Origin: the human T2T-CHM13v2.0 reference genome, Homo sapiens
Assembly (NCBI RefSeq): GCF_009914755.1
Contig: NC_060925.1
DNA: 64,000 nt
Strand: one strand, 5' to 3'
This document shows, one piece after another, positions 13,950-27,339 of the stretch. Every line of letters starts with the position of its first letter. The stretch's first letter is position 1. A program made the position numbers and the translations under genes. Under the pieces are notes generated by a model. The model ran no database searches. It had not been told where the DNA came from and saw nothing but the letters and a program-made list of their open reading frames with translations.

Positions 13950-14560
13950 GAAACTTCAGTTTTGTGAAGTGACTGCACATTTTACACTTCCTCTAGCTAT
14001 GTATAAGATCTTATCCTAGCTGTTCCACATCCTCTCCAACATTTATTGTTGTTGATCTCTTTTTATTTTAGCATTTGGTATTGTCTTTTTCATTTCCGTC
14101 ATTCCTGTTGATATGTACTGATATCTCATTGTGGTTTTAATTTGCATTTTGCCTAATGCCTAATGAGGTTGAGCATTTTGTCATGGGCATCATGGGCTTA
14201 CTGGCCATTGGTCCCTCTTCTTTTATGTTCTTTTTAATTGACTTGTTTCATTCTTTAGTTATAGGAATCTTTATGCATGCACATACAAGTCATTTGTCAA
14301 TGTTATGTGTTGCAAATATTTTCTCCCAACCTGTAACTTAAGTATTTTCTAAATTGTGTCTTTTAGTTAGAAAAATTTTTAAAATTTTGCTGAAATTGCA
14401 ATTTAGCAATTTTTTCTTTTATGGCTAATATTTTCTGAATCCTCTGGAGAAAATTTTTTTCTTCTCTAAGGTCATGAAGACATTCTTCAGTGTTTCTTTC
14501 TAGTAACTTTCTAGCTTTTCCATTTAGGTCTGTGGCCCATTTATTGATGTGATTTTCCTT
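13950..14560 (-). mobile_element. Old L1 (L1M) ORF2 3' fragment
   Basis: atatctcattgtggttttaatttgcattt, gaggttgagcattttgtcatg, ttgcaaatattttctccca. Confidence 0.75.
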
Positions 14561-14567
14561 TCCTCAT

Positions 14568-15062
14568 GTATCAGTATTCTATGCTGCATAACAAATTACT
14601 ACAAATATAGTGATGGACAACAGTGAACATTAATTATCTCACAGTTTCTGTAGGCAGGAGTCCAGGCACAGGTTGGCTGAGACCTCCACTCAGGGCCTCA
14701 CAAGAATAGAATCAAAATTGCCATCGGTTTTTGTTCCTTTCCAGAGCTTGGGGTCCTCTTCTATGCTGACATGGTCGTTGGCAGAATTCAGTTGTGGCTG
14801 AGGTCCCACTTTCTTGATGGCTGTGAGCAAGGGGCTGCTCTCAGTTTCTAGAGGCCCCTGTAGCTCAAGGGAGAGTCTCTCATTCCAGTTGGCTAAGATG
14901 GAGTCTTATGCAAAGTAACATAATCATAGAGGTGACATCCATCACTGGTGCCGTACTCTGTTGGTTAGAAATAGGTCATAGATCCTGCCCACACTCAAGA
15001 GGAGAGGGTGTAGAGCCAGGAGGCAGAGATCATAAGGACCATTTAGAATTCTGCCTACCTCA
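14568..15062 (-). mobile_element. MLT1 (MaLR) solo LTR, MLT1E-like
   Basis: tgtatcag...gctgcataacaaattactacaaa...tatctcacagtttctgtagg...agaattctgcctacctca. Confidence 0.75.
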
Positions 15063-15100
15063 CCCCATCACATTTCCCATATGACCTAGTACTTCCCCTC

Positions 15101-17450
15101 TGTATTAGTTCATTTTCATGCTGCTGATAAAGACATACCTGAGATTGGGCAATTTACCAAAGAAAGAGATTTACTGGACTTACAGTTCCATGTGACTGGG
15201 GAGGTCTCACGATCATGGCAGAAGGTGAAAGGCACATCTCACATGGAGACAGACAAGAGAAGAGAGCTTGTGCAGGGAAGTTCCCCCTTTTAAAACTATC
15301 AGATCTCATGAGACTTATTCACTATCATGAGACAATACGTGAAACACCTGCCCCCATGATTCAGTTACCTCCCACTGGATCCCTCCCACAACATGTGGGA
15401 ATTCAAGATGAGATTTGGATGGGGACACAGCCAAACTATATCATTCTGACCCTGGCCCCTCCCAAATCTCATGTCCTCACATTTCAAAACCAATCATGCC
15501 TTCCCAACAGTCCCCCAAAGTCTTAACTCATTTCAGCATTAACTCAAAAGTCCACAGTCCAAAGTCTTTGGACAAGGCAAGTCCCTTCTGCCTATGAGCC
15601 TATAAAATCTAAAGCAAGCTAGTTACTTCCTAGATACAATGGGGGCACAGGCATTGGGTAAATACAGCCATTCCAAATGGGAGAAATTGGCCAAAACAAA
15701 GGGGTTACAGGGCCCATGCAAGTCCAAAATCTAGCAGGGCATTCAAATCTTAAAGATCCAAAATCATCTCCTTTAACTCCATGTCTCACATCCAGGTCAT
15801 GCTGATGCAAGAGGTGGATTCCCATGGTCTTTGACAGCTCCACCCCTGTGGCTTTGCAGGGTACAGCCTCCCTTCTGGCTGCTTTCATGGGCTGGCACTG
15901 AGTGTCTGTGGCTTTTCTAGGTGCATGGTGCAAGCTGTCAGTAGATCTACCATTCTGAGGTCTGGAGGATGGTGGCCCTCCTCTCACAGCTCCACTAGGT
16001 GGTGCCCCAGTAGGGGGGCTCTGACCCCATATTTTCCTTCCACACTGTCCTAGCAGAAGTTCTCCATGGGAGCCCTGCCCCTGCAACAAATTTCTGCCTG
16101 GACATCCAGGCATTTCTGTACATCTTCTGAAATCTAGGTGGAGGTTCCCAATCCCCAATTTTTGACTTCTGTGCACTCGCAGGCTCAACACCGTGTGAGA
16201 GCTACCAAGGCTTGGGACTTGCACTCTCTGAAGTCATGGCCTAACCTCTACATTGGCCCCTTTTAGCCATGGCTGGAGCAGCTGGGACACAGGTCACCAA
16301 GTCCCTAGGCTGCACATAGCACAGGGACCCTGGGCCCAGCCCATGAAACCACTTTTTCCTCCTAGGCCTCTGAGCCTGTGATGGGAGGAGCTGACATGAA
16401 AACCTCTGACATGCCTTGGAGACATTTTCCCCATTGTCTTGGGGATGAACATTCGGCTCCCTGTTACTTATGCAAATTTCTACAGCCAGCTTGAATTTCT
16501 CCTCAGAAAATGGGCTTTGCTTTTCTGTCACATTGTCAGGCTGCAAATTTTCCACTCTGCTTTATGCTCTTTGTGCTCTGCTTCTCTCATAAAACTGAAT
16601 GCCTTAAACAGCACCCAGGTCGCCTCTTGAATGCTTTTCTGCCTGGAAACCTCTTCCGCCAGATAGCCTAAATCATTTCTCTCAAGTTCAAAGTTCCACA
16701 AATCTCTAGGGCAAGGGAAAAATGCCACCAGTCTCTTTACTAAAACATAACAGGAGTCACCTTTGCTCCAGTTCCCAAGTTCCTCATGTCCATCTGAGAC
16801 CACCTCAGCCTGTACTTTATTGTTCATATCGCTATCAGCATTTTGGGCAAAGCCATTCACAACAAGTTCCTCATCTCCATCTGAGACCACCTCAGCTTGG
16901 ACTTTATTGTCCATATTGCTATCAGCATTTTGGGCAAAGCCATTCAACAAGTTCTAGGAAGTTCCAAACTTTCCCACATTTTCCTGTCTTCTTCTGATCC
17001 CTCCAAACTGTTCCAACCTCTACCTGTTACGCAGTTCCAAAGTCGCTTCCACATTTTGGGGTATCTTTTTCAGCAACGCCCCACTCTACTGGTACCAATT
17101 TACTGTATTAGTCCATTTTCACACTGCTGATAAAGACATACCCAAGACTGGACAATCTGCAAAAGAAAGAGGTTTATTGAACTTATAGTTCCACGTGGGT
17201 GAGGAGGCCTCACAATCATGGCAGAAGGTAAAAGGCATGTCTCACATGGTGGCAGATAAGAGAAGAGAGTTTGTGCAGAGAAGCTCCCCTTTTTAAAACC
17301 ATCAGATCTTGTGAGACTTATTCATTATTACGAGAACAACATGGGAAAGACCTTCCGCCATGATTCCATTACCTTCCACCAGGTCCCTCCCATAACAAGT
17401 GGGAATTCAAGATAAGATTTTGAGGGGGTGGACACAGCCAAACCATATCA
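15101..17450 (-). mobile_element. Full-length THE1 (THE1A-like) MaLR provirus: LTR 17104-17450, internal region 15444-17103, LTR 15101-15443
   Basis: Two homologous ~345-bp LTRs with TG...CA ends, THE1-int sequence between them, and an exact 5-bp TSD ccctc (15096-15100 and 17451-17455). Confidence 0.95.
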
Positions 17451-17935
17451 CCCTCGTAGGTATTTACCCAAGAGAAATGAAAGCATATGTCCACAAAAAC
17501 CTGAACACAAATTGTCATCAGGACTTTGTTCAAAATAGCCAAAAACTATAAACAACTTGTATGTCTAACAACAGAAGAATGGAAAAGCAAACTGTGATAT
17601 GTTCATGCAATGAAATACTAGTTAGCCACAAAAAGGAATGAACTGCCAATATACATTTTGATATAGATGAATCCAAAAAATATGCTGGGTGAAAGAAGCT
17701 GGCCACAAAAAAGTACCCATGATATGAACTCAATTATATAAAGTTTGAGAAGAGGTAAAACTAACCTATGATGATAGAAATCAGATCAGTGGTTGCTTAG
17801 GAGGTAGAATTGACTAGGAGGGGGCATGAGGCAACTTTCTGGAATAATGGAAATGTTCTGTGTCTTGATATGCATTCATTAAAACTGACAAGTTTGAGGT
17901 TCACTATATGTAAAGTATACCTCAATTAAAAGGCA
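17451..17935 (+). mobile_element. Old L1 (L1MC/ME) 3' end, host of the THE1 (also 15070-15100)
   Basis: cccatatgacctagtacttcccctc joins gtaggtatttacccaagagaaatgaaagc; ends at tatacctcaattaaaa. Confidence 0.8.
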
Positions 17936-17978
17936 TACATTATTTCAGAGCAAGCATGTATTGGACATGGGATTTTGG

Positions 17979-18170
17979 CAGGGGTCATTAAACTTTAGTG
18001 TATATAGGAATCATTTGGGGTGCTTTTTAAACGTGCAGATCCCTAGGCTTCACCCTAAAGATTCTGATCTAGGTCATCTGCAGTGGTGCCAGGGATCTGC
18101 ATTTTTAATAAACAATTCAGGTTATTCTGGCACTGCTGGCCCCTGGAATAACCTTGGAGGAACACTGTTT
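17979..18170. mobile_element. MER5-type hAT-Charlie MITE
   Basis: gaatcatttggggtgctttttaaacgtgcagat...gatctgcatttttaataa. Confidence 0.65.
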
Positions 18171-19164
18171 AAGACATGTGCTCTCACTAGCTGGCTCTCT
18201 CCCTCCCTCATTCTCATCCTGAGCAGGGGCTTCTCATAGCTATCATGCCATGGCAGGGGGATCTAGGACAAATTGCTCAAATCTCAAGCAGAGAGAGGAG
18301 GAGAGACAGCTTGTTGTGCCTCTGGTGGGCCAAGGTACTCCTTACTCCCTGAATTTTTATATATCTTGGAGGGGAACTCTCTTGCATGAAGTCTCCCTGG
18401 GCACCAGTGAAGAAAGCTCAGGTGTGTACTGCCTGGGCTGTGCCTCAGACAGGCTGGAGAAGGAGCGGCTGCCTCCTCCCCACTTGCTCATGACCAGCCC
18501 CAGCCCTGGCCTAGGGGTACAGGCTTCACTGAGCATCAGCTCAACTGTAGCTGGGCCCGGAGCCCAGCCAGTCTCAGAATGGGTGCTCTGAGAGTGTCAT
18601 CTGGGGAGCCTTGAGGCTCCCAGGGGCTCCATGGCTACACTTTTGGTTTGGCCCAAGATTAAGTTTTACTGTTGCTCCACAGTGCACATGAGACTTTTGT
18701 CCATGAGGCCTTCTCAAAGGTAGAGCCGTCTTTTCAGAAACTCATGGCAGACAGCAATGGGTGGACAGGGGTTGTGGGGCCCTGTGTCCATCTGCAGTGA
18801 CCACAAGATGGAAAGTGATGAGCCCAGGCAGGTGCTGTGTGAGTCAGATTCAATGTGTACTTCTCATCCCAAGGCCACTCTTGGCATCAGATGCAAGGCT
18901 TCCACCTGCCCCAGGGGGTTGATGGCTCTCCCTGCACCCTGCAGGTATTAAGCTGTGCACCAATTCTGGCAGCCAAGCCAAATCAGAAGCCAAAGATGGA
19001 GGATGGAGTAACTTGAAAGCACTCTCTACCGTGAGAGCTTCCTGTGTGCCAGCAAAGAAGCCTTATGGTTTCTGGGGCCCAGGCTGGTCTCACCCAATGC
19101 ACAGACCCATGTTTGAGCAGAGAAAGTTCTGTTGGACCAGGATGCGCCAACCACAGGAGGGAAG

Positions 19165-19375
19165 AATAAATACTTGAGAAATACCTACTAAGTGCCAGAT
19201 GCCCTGCTGGGTGCTTTACATGCATTATCTCTAAGCCACACAACAGCTCTGTAAGCTAGGCCTTGGTCCATCTTGTAGATGAGAATCTGAGGCTTAGAAA
19301 GCTTAAGTAACTGGTCAAAAGGCACACAGTGCGAAGTGGAAGATCAAGGATCCATCTACCTTCACAGCCCCATAT
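19165..19375 (-). mobile_element. MIR SINE
   Basis: gtagatgagaatctgaggcttagaaagcttaagtaact. Confidence 0.75.
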
Positions 19376-22069
19376 TTCTTCACTAAGATTCCCCTGGCCC
19401 ATTACCAGAAAGAAGTGTGAGGTGGGCAGCTGCTGGAGGCTGAGAGCTAGTGGTTGATGCAGAGGTCACAGGGAAAAATATTCTAGAACATGTGTGCTCT
19501 CAGAGCACAGCCACAAGACTGGGCTAGAGGCTACTCAGCAGCACAGCAACACCTAGGAAGTTTCAGCAAATGCTTTCACCTTCACTGTCATTGTTGTCAT
19601 TGTCATTATTGTTGCTATGCTGCATAGCCTGATGACTGAGGAAAACTGTGCACATCCCTTCTTTTATTTGAACTTACTCTGGGAAGTAGGTGTTACTATT
19701 CTGTTCATTTTTCAGATGCACAGAATGAAACTCAGAGCAATCCTGTCTCTCAGATCCTTCCTTCCTAGCAAGCTAGCTTTGGGCTAGAGAGCTCTCAGGA
19801 CAGCCCCTCGCAGGGATGGGTGCAGGGCCTGGAGTAGGCTCCCCATCCCCGTCAGTGAGGGGCCCTGCCAAATATGTGTGGGTGTGAGCCCTCACCCAGG
19901 TGAGGGAGGAAGAGGACAGGCTGAGTGGATTACTGAGCATTTGAACTCAGCCTCAGAACAGCAAATATTGATTCAAGAAGCTGCCCAAAGGAGCTGACAT
20001 TTTTATAGTCAACAAATAAAGCTGAGCCCCTCCCTGGCCCCCCAGTCAAAGGCCCTTTCTCTCTGCAGCTGCCAGGGTACATTTCTGTCACCACGTGTAA
20101 GAAGAGGAGGAAGAGCTGGTGGGAAATGTCCACAGGGGCCTGGTTGACATCATCACCTCACCTTTAGGGAGAAGTGGGAGTCCCAGGCCCCAGGGTGTGA
20201 CCTCGGTGAACCAGCCAGCTATCTGACAGGTACCAGAGTCCCTTGAGTTGGAGCAGAACCTGGCACCGGAGCCCCCAAAGACAACACACCCCTCCCACAC
20301 ACAGCTTCCTCATGTGGTGGCTTTTGGCAGCCTACACAGTTCTGGTTCCCTCATTCATGGACGAGGACCTGAACTCCAAAGAGAGATGGCTTTCCAAGGT
20401 AAACAGCCAGAGAGCAGTGAGGGCTGCCTAGCTCCTCTGTTTCAAGGCAAAGGGAGGATCTGCGCTCACTAAGCTACTCAGCTGGGAATGAGAACTCATC
20501 ATCTGCCAGACAGCTGTCCTTGCCCTCTGGGCTCAGCCAGCATGACCCACAGCCTGGCATTCCTGAGCCTGCCTTCACGCTTTGTCCAGCAGGTCCCTTT
20601 ACCTGAAATCCTCCTACCCAAGCACTTTTGCAGGAGGACTCATCATGCATGACCCTGCTCACTTTTCATCTCTTCAGGGAATCTTCCTAACCCGCTTCCC
20701 ACCCTCACTCCCGCCTCTGGCAGGCAGAAACCACTGCTCCTTCCTTGGTGCTCCCAAAGCACATGCTTCCTTCCTGTCTTGTGGCATTTATGCTATTTTG
20801 CCTTGGGTGGATCATTTCTTAGATACTTGTCTCAGTCCTTCTTGGTCAAGAGCTGCAGCAAGAGGTTGGTTCATTTCTGTTGCCCCAACGAGCCTAGAAA
20901 AGCCCCCAGCACTTGGCAGGTGCTCAGTCAATGCTTGCAGCGTTGAGTTAGAATAATCCAAAACATGTGACTAAGAAACCAGAGTTGCAAATTCAGCTGC
21001 ATCTAGACCAGGTAAGGAAGCTGGCCATGCCTCAGGCAAGCCCTCCCTCAGGAGGGAGATTTGTGCGGGCCCCAGGAACTCTGCCATTATTTCCTTTACT
21101 GGCCCACCCCGCCTTCTATTCACCCATCTATCCATCACCTAGGGGTTGAACTTCTACTCTGTGTCTGGTCCTGGTTGAGTGCTAGGAAGGCAAAGGCCAG
21201 GGCACACACCCTTGAACTCTTCCTGGAGCTGCTGGAGCATGCCAGCGTATGTGATGAGGGGAATCTAAGAGGCCTTTTGCCTTCAGACTTGTCTATGGGT
21301 CAATTGCGGTGAGCTGTGGCTCCAGGGACTGTGGCTTTTGGGCTTCAGGGAAGAGAGGGCAGCTCTTCACTGGACTGGCACCAGGCAGAACTGTGGAGTA
21401 AGCTCCATTATCATTATTGCTATTCACCGAAAGTCCTTCCCCTTCTAGGCATGTGGCAGGATTAGATTTCTCTGCCCCTGTGGTTGGGTGGGTCCATGGA
21501 GCTAGCTCAGGGGAGCAGTGGCACAGATCACTTCTGAGCTGGATGTACAATTGGCCAATTTAATTGCCCGTGTAAGACCCTCAAAGGTGCTTTTCTCTTG
21601 AGTAGGCAGCTCTGCGCCTTGAGGTTATTCAAGGATCAGCCGTGGGTCCCAGCAGTGGATCTCTGCATCCAAAAGTATCCAAGGCAGCTCCCCAAGTGGC
21701 ACCATTTCCCAGAGAGCAGGAAGGGGAGCCAGGTGTGCAGGCCAATGACTTGTCTTTAGGAAGATGACCCGGAGGTGTCTTTGTTCACGTCTTTTAGCCT
21801 GCACTTTGTCACATGACCACACCCACCCACAAAGGAGCCTAGGAAATGTAGTTTCTAGTGGGGCAGATGTGTGCCCATCTTAAACTCAGCCATGTTCATT
21901 ACTAAAATGAAACAAGGGAGAATGGATACTGGGGACAATTCGTGGGCTTCAACAGACTCACTCACCATCTCTCTCTAAACAAATGCCTGATTCTCCCAGA
22001 CAAGCCCTGGCCCCTCCCTGAGACCGGCTGAGCTGCTGACCTTTTCTCTCCTCTCACCATCAGCCTTCC

Positions 22070-22340
22070 AGCTCTGAATGGCCATGAGCAAAATGCCTCT
22101 CTTCCTAGGGCTTCCTTTCCTTATCTGTCAAAGAAGGGTTTAGAGCAGTTGATTTCTGAAGTTCCTTCCAGAACTAACATTTGACCACTGTGGTTACGGG
22201 CAAGTCCTTTAACCTCTCTGGATTTCAACTTCCTCATCTAGAAAATAGAGATAAAAATAGTTCTTACCTCCAAGGGTTGTTGTGAAATCATCTATGGTTA
22301 TGCCTGACATTTAAGAAATAATCAATAAATGTTTGCTGTA
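22070..22340 (+). mobile_element. Two MIR fragments
   Basis: gggcaagtcctttaacctctctggatttcaacttcctcatctagaaaatag...aataaatgtt. Confidence 0.7.
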
Positions 22341-25300
22341 ATCAAAACAATATGAGTTCCATTTGTCACTTCCTTAGAAAGAATCTGATGTACTCATTCA
22401 TACTAAGGTCTAAGGCAGAGTCAGCAGATATCCGGCACAAGGGCTGTCATAATCCTCTCTTCTGTTACCGACATCACTGATCAATGAGGGCATTCTCCTC
22501 AGTAAGTGAGGATACAGCCACTGGACGCAGCCTCCTGGCTTTTCTCAACCTAGGGCTGCGGCAGCCTCCTCCTCTAGGAAGCCTTCCTGGTTCAACCCCA
22601 GGCATGATGAAAAACAAAAAGCCCACACATACCCCTAAAATGGCTCTTGTTGCTCCATATTATGTTTTCTTTTTATTTGTTAGTGCCCCAGCTAGACTGT
22701 GAGTTCCATGCTAGAGGGACTACAATCAGTTTCTCTATAGCCTAGATGAGTCTGCAGAACATTGCAGATGCTCAAAAAGTGAATTCTAGATCCTGTGGCT
22801 GGCAAGTAGGGGATGTTTGGGGGACGGGCAGTGTGTTGGCTTTATAAAGTGGATGGCTTTATAGAAGCCCATGTTCCTTGCCTCTGGAAGCTGCTGCAGG
22901 AGCTGTGGGGAGGGTCTCCCTGCCCACATTTCCCCTGCAGGGTTCCCTGGGCACCTCCAAGTGAGCTGGTGCAGCCACCACACATGGGGAGAGAACAAGG
23001 CCAGCAAACATGGAGGCCCCAAGACTGCTCCGAGGGAGATGCCCTCCCCAGGCCCCGTGGGTATCTGCTTGCCCCGCAGGCTCCCAGCTGCAAGGCAGTT
23101 CCAACTTAGCAACTAATGGACCTGCGAGAGCTCAGGCACCTGCCTTCTGCTCTCACAGACCTGTGCTCAGCATCACCTTGGCGATAGAGTGGAACATGGG
23201 GTGGAGTGGGGGGAGCTGCCATCTGTCCAGTCAATGCAGAGAGGTGCTCCCTGCTGGGGCTCAGGCAGGCCAGGGAGGGGGGAAGGGCAGTGACCACACT
23301 GCCTTTGGGGGATCCTGTTGAGCTGCATGGAGTGCTCATGGACACAGGAAAAGCTTGGCACCTGAGACCTGGTTTCCAGTGTCCTGGCTCATGGCCAGAC
23401 AGTGTCGTCTGATTTTTTTGTCTGTGGAATATGATTGCCAGATCTGGGTCAGATGTGACCCATGCAGAGTAAGCGATGAAGCCCCGGGAAGGCCTGTGTG
23501 TGCCATCTGCCTACCCTCTGGCCTGTCACAGGCCCTGAAATACCAGAATCAGGACAAAGCCAGGAGGACCCCTTGCTAAGAAAAGTTCCTGGTTACTCAA
23601 TCTATTATTGCAGCTGAAGAATCTGAGACTCAGGGAACATTAAGTGACTTCCAAAAGTCACACAGCTTGGAAAGCAGGCCATATACCTCCAAGCATAGGG
23701 CTTGCCTCACTCTCCCACAGGACTCTGCAGCAGGGACCTCCATTTCTCTGCCAAATCCTTGATACCACGCTCTGGTAGCAGACACAGAATCCAATGGGCA
23801 AAGGGTCACTTAAGAATAATATTTTTAAAATATTAAACATTTTATGTCCATGAACTGGAGTGATCCAAACAGCACCCCTGGGCCAAGTGCTGGGGAGTGG
23901 GATAGGTGTAAGCCATGGACTGTGACCTCCAGGACCTCGGGGCTGGAGATGGACTCACAACTACTGGATGGTGGCACCTCACGTATTCAATGATGGGTTG
24001 GTGGCATTGCCCCTGGCATCCTTGGATAAATAGTAATATTAACACAACATACACCTGTTGTGCAGGAAGAGTACGTATTGAGCTGTGTTTTGGGCTTTCC
24101 CTTCACTCCCACTGCTTCCATGTTTGCATGGTGCCTTCTCCAAGGTCAGACAGAGCCATCCATTGCTTTCAAGAGGATTGGGATGTTACAGCAGGAATAC
24201 AAAGGAAAGAAAGTCATTACGCAGATTTTTTACTTCCAAAAGAGGTTTTTAAGTCTCCCTTTCAGGAGCAATAGTTATGAAAGTCATTGCTTTTAATTTA
24301 TAAAATCAAGGAGCATTGAGTGGTAAAAAGATTTTTTGCTAATCCAAATTGATCACACTCACTTATTCAACAGCTATTTACTGAGAACCTGTTTTGTGAC
24401 ACACTGTTCTGGATACTAAGGCTGTTGTTTGTCCATATACACAGTGGGAAAGAGAACAGATAAGGAATTATTCTGCCCCAGGAGGGGTTGGGATTACCCT
24501 GCCTTGTGGGCTTGAGGGTGGGGGTAAAGTTGAGGTGGGGAGTGTGGAAGGAAGAGATGGAGTCCAGTGGAGCCTCCCAGACCAGGCGTCTTTGGGAAGA
24601 AGAGGGAGTCAGTGTGGAGGACACTGTCCAGCTCTGCTCAGGTACCTACAGCCTCCCATAGACATGGCATTGCCCTTGGGGGGGAGTCTTCATAGTGCAT
24701 GGAATCTGTGCCAAGAACTGGCACAGCCCCTGGCATCCCGTGGTGTCCTGGACCTCCAGGAAGAGAGGTGTTCCTCCACGCCTCCGGACTTGACCCTGCA
24801 TGGCAACGCCTCCTCTTCAATGGCCCGGGACACTCAAAAGCCATGCCCTCCTAGAGGACGGGACCCAGGCTGGCCGGAGGGGACATACTTAGATGGAATT
24901 GAAGAGAAGCAGTTGAGAATTTCCGTCTCAGCGCACAGTGGGGATCACACATTCATATTGGCACTGTCCGCCTGACACCTGTTACACTTCCCTGTGCCAT
25001 GTCACTGCCCCCTGCTCATGATGCTCCCTACCTTTGGGTCCTAGGTACTGCCGCTATTTCCATTATGGACAGAAAGTTGAAATTCCAAGTGCGTCGCTCC
25101 TTTACCCAAGGCCATATGTTACCAAGTGTCAGAGCTGGAATTCACCCCCAAATCTGATTCCAGAGTTCTGAGTCCCTGGCACCACTGCACTGCTTCTCAG
25201 AAACGTTCCTGTCAATGGACTAATAAGCTGGACTGCAGGGAGAACATTTGTTGGTGACAGAACCAGGGTCCAAAAAGTTTTGTCTAGCCAGAGTGATGGT

Positions 25301-25579
25301 GACTCTAACAAGACGAGTATGAATCAGGTCCAGCTACATAAAAACCCAATGCCCGAGTCATGGTTGGGTGGCAGCAGGCCCAGGGCTCCCCCTTGGCAGC
25401 TGTGCAGGGTGTGGGGGCTCAATGGGACATGGAGCCAAACTGGCCCTATTTGATCCTTGGCCACATTGGAGCCCAGAACAAGAGAAAGAGAAGTCACTTT
25501 CACTCTGCATTCATCAGTCCATGCAGAGAAGGCAGAAAACCTGGAGCCTCTTCAGGGAAAGAAAGTGTAGAAAGAACCT

Positions 25580-25765
25580 GAGCTCAGGCAGGCCTGGGTT
25601 CCCACATCCCTCCACCATGTACCTGTGTGTGACCTTTGACAAATTACTGATCTCCCCAACCCAGTTTTCTTGTCCTGTGAAATTGGTTTAGGAGTCTACT
25701 TTGCCTGGTTGTTGTAGGGGTTAGAGCTAAATAAGCTGTAGAAGGATACCTTCTAAATGGTATTA
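25580..25765 (+). mobile_element. MIR SINE
   Basis: ctgtgtgacctttgacaaattact...cagttttcttgtcctgtgaaatt. Confidence 0.6.
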
Positions 25766-26099
25766 TTCAGAGGAAACTAATCAAAATGTTGATAGCTGAC
25801 TTGTTGAAAATCAGTCACCAGGAAAAGGAATTAAGCTTGTTCCATATCCAACCAGAACCAAAGAATGATTAGAAGTGGCCAGGAAATAGATTTTGGTTGG
25901 ACTTAAGGCAGCGATTCCTGGCCTGGGCTGCATCAGGAACAGGGAAGCAGGTAGGCCCAACAGCTGCTTGGCCCATATAGGAATCTGGAGGATCGAAGGT
26001 GATGTTGGGCCAGAGCACTTCACAGCTCTTTCTCTTGAGGAACTTAACATAAGCTAGTTTAGAAAGGAAATTAATTTAAAAATCCTTTCACCTTCACAT

Positions 26100-27100
26100 T
26101 CAAGGGAAGATGTCTGCACATAAATCTATGTCTTCATCTGTACTTATCCTCAGAATAGATCAATAGAAGTCCTGGATCAAAGGACATCAGCACTTTTAAG
26201 ACTTGTCCTACATATTGCCAAGTCGTTTTCCAGAGAGATTGCACCCATTAAAAATTCTACCAGTATCAGGCAAGAGCACCCCGTTCCCTGTGTCCTCCTC
26301 ATCATGGAGAGTTAGCTTTCGAGATCGTTTCTGTGTTGGTGGTAAGAAGGCACCCCATTGCGGAGATTAAGTAAGCATGGTGTCTTGGCTTAAGTTCTGG
26401 GGGCTCTGCCCCCTACAGGCTGTGTGACCTAGGGCTGGCTCCTCTGCTTCGGTTTTCTCATCTGTAGGATGGGAATACATCATGGACTTGTTGTGAGGCT
26501 TAAATAAGAAAATGTCAGCTGTGTGCAGCATAATACCTGCATTATAATATATAATATATAAATTATGTATAATTATAAATGATATATAAATTATAATATA
26601 TAAATAATAAGTACATTATTTGCATTCCATGTGCATTATTTGCATTCCTTAGTTAATAGTGAAGTTGAACTTTTTTTCATTTGCCTTGCCTAATAAAGGA
26701 GAACTCTGGCAAAAAATGTGCTTTTTTTTGCCCATTTTACTGTTGGAGCACAGGACTTTTCTTACTGATCGTTTAACATGTCTTCCTCTGCTAGTTATAT
26801 AATATTAGACCCTCTAAATTTTGTTACTAGATACACATCAGCATCACCTGAGAGGTTTTAAAAGTTAAATCGATGTCTGCAGGTAAAGCCAGGGCATCAG
26901 ACTGGACTTGGGACGATTCTCCTTTGCAGCCAGGGCTCAGATGCGGTGTTCTATTTTAACATTGTCATTTGCTTGCTAATTTTGTTTATATACACTTGAG
27001 GTTCAGAAGTTTAAATGTTTGTGTATGTAGCCATATTTCTCTTCCTTTTCTTTTATGACTTCTTCAGTATCCTTTATGTTTAGGAAGTTCTCTCCCGTGC
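26100..27100 (-). mobile_element. Old L1 (L1ME) fragments interleaved with a MIR (26370-26540) and an AT-rich tract
   Basis: tcctggatcaaaggacat, ttttccagagagattgcacc, tttgcccattttactgttgg. Confidence 0.55.
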
Positions 27101-27339
27101 AAATAGTCACAAGCTTCTCCTGGCTTCCTGTGCTGTGATGGCTTCCCGTCTCACCTGCTTGTGTGATCTTGGCAGGTTGCTGAACCTTTCTGGGCTTCCG
27201 TTTCCCCTAAGGGAGGGAGTTGGACTAAATCAGACTTTTCCAAAGTCTTCTGAGATGCTCTTTTGGAAAAAGATTTTCCCAGCCAAATAAGTTTGGAAAA
27301 AGCACATTAACATGTCAAAAGTTCTGAGAAATATTACAG

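Noticed and set aside
15990-16010. CTCF-like motif ccactaggtggtgc
   Set aside because: Inside THE1 internal sequence and mismatched at a conserved core C; binding cannot be supported from sequence.
15215-17130. Cluster of ORFs up to 201 aa
   Set aside because: All lie within the THE1 provirus and are remnants or alternative frames of its internal sequence.
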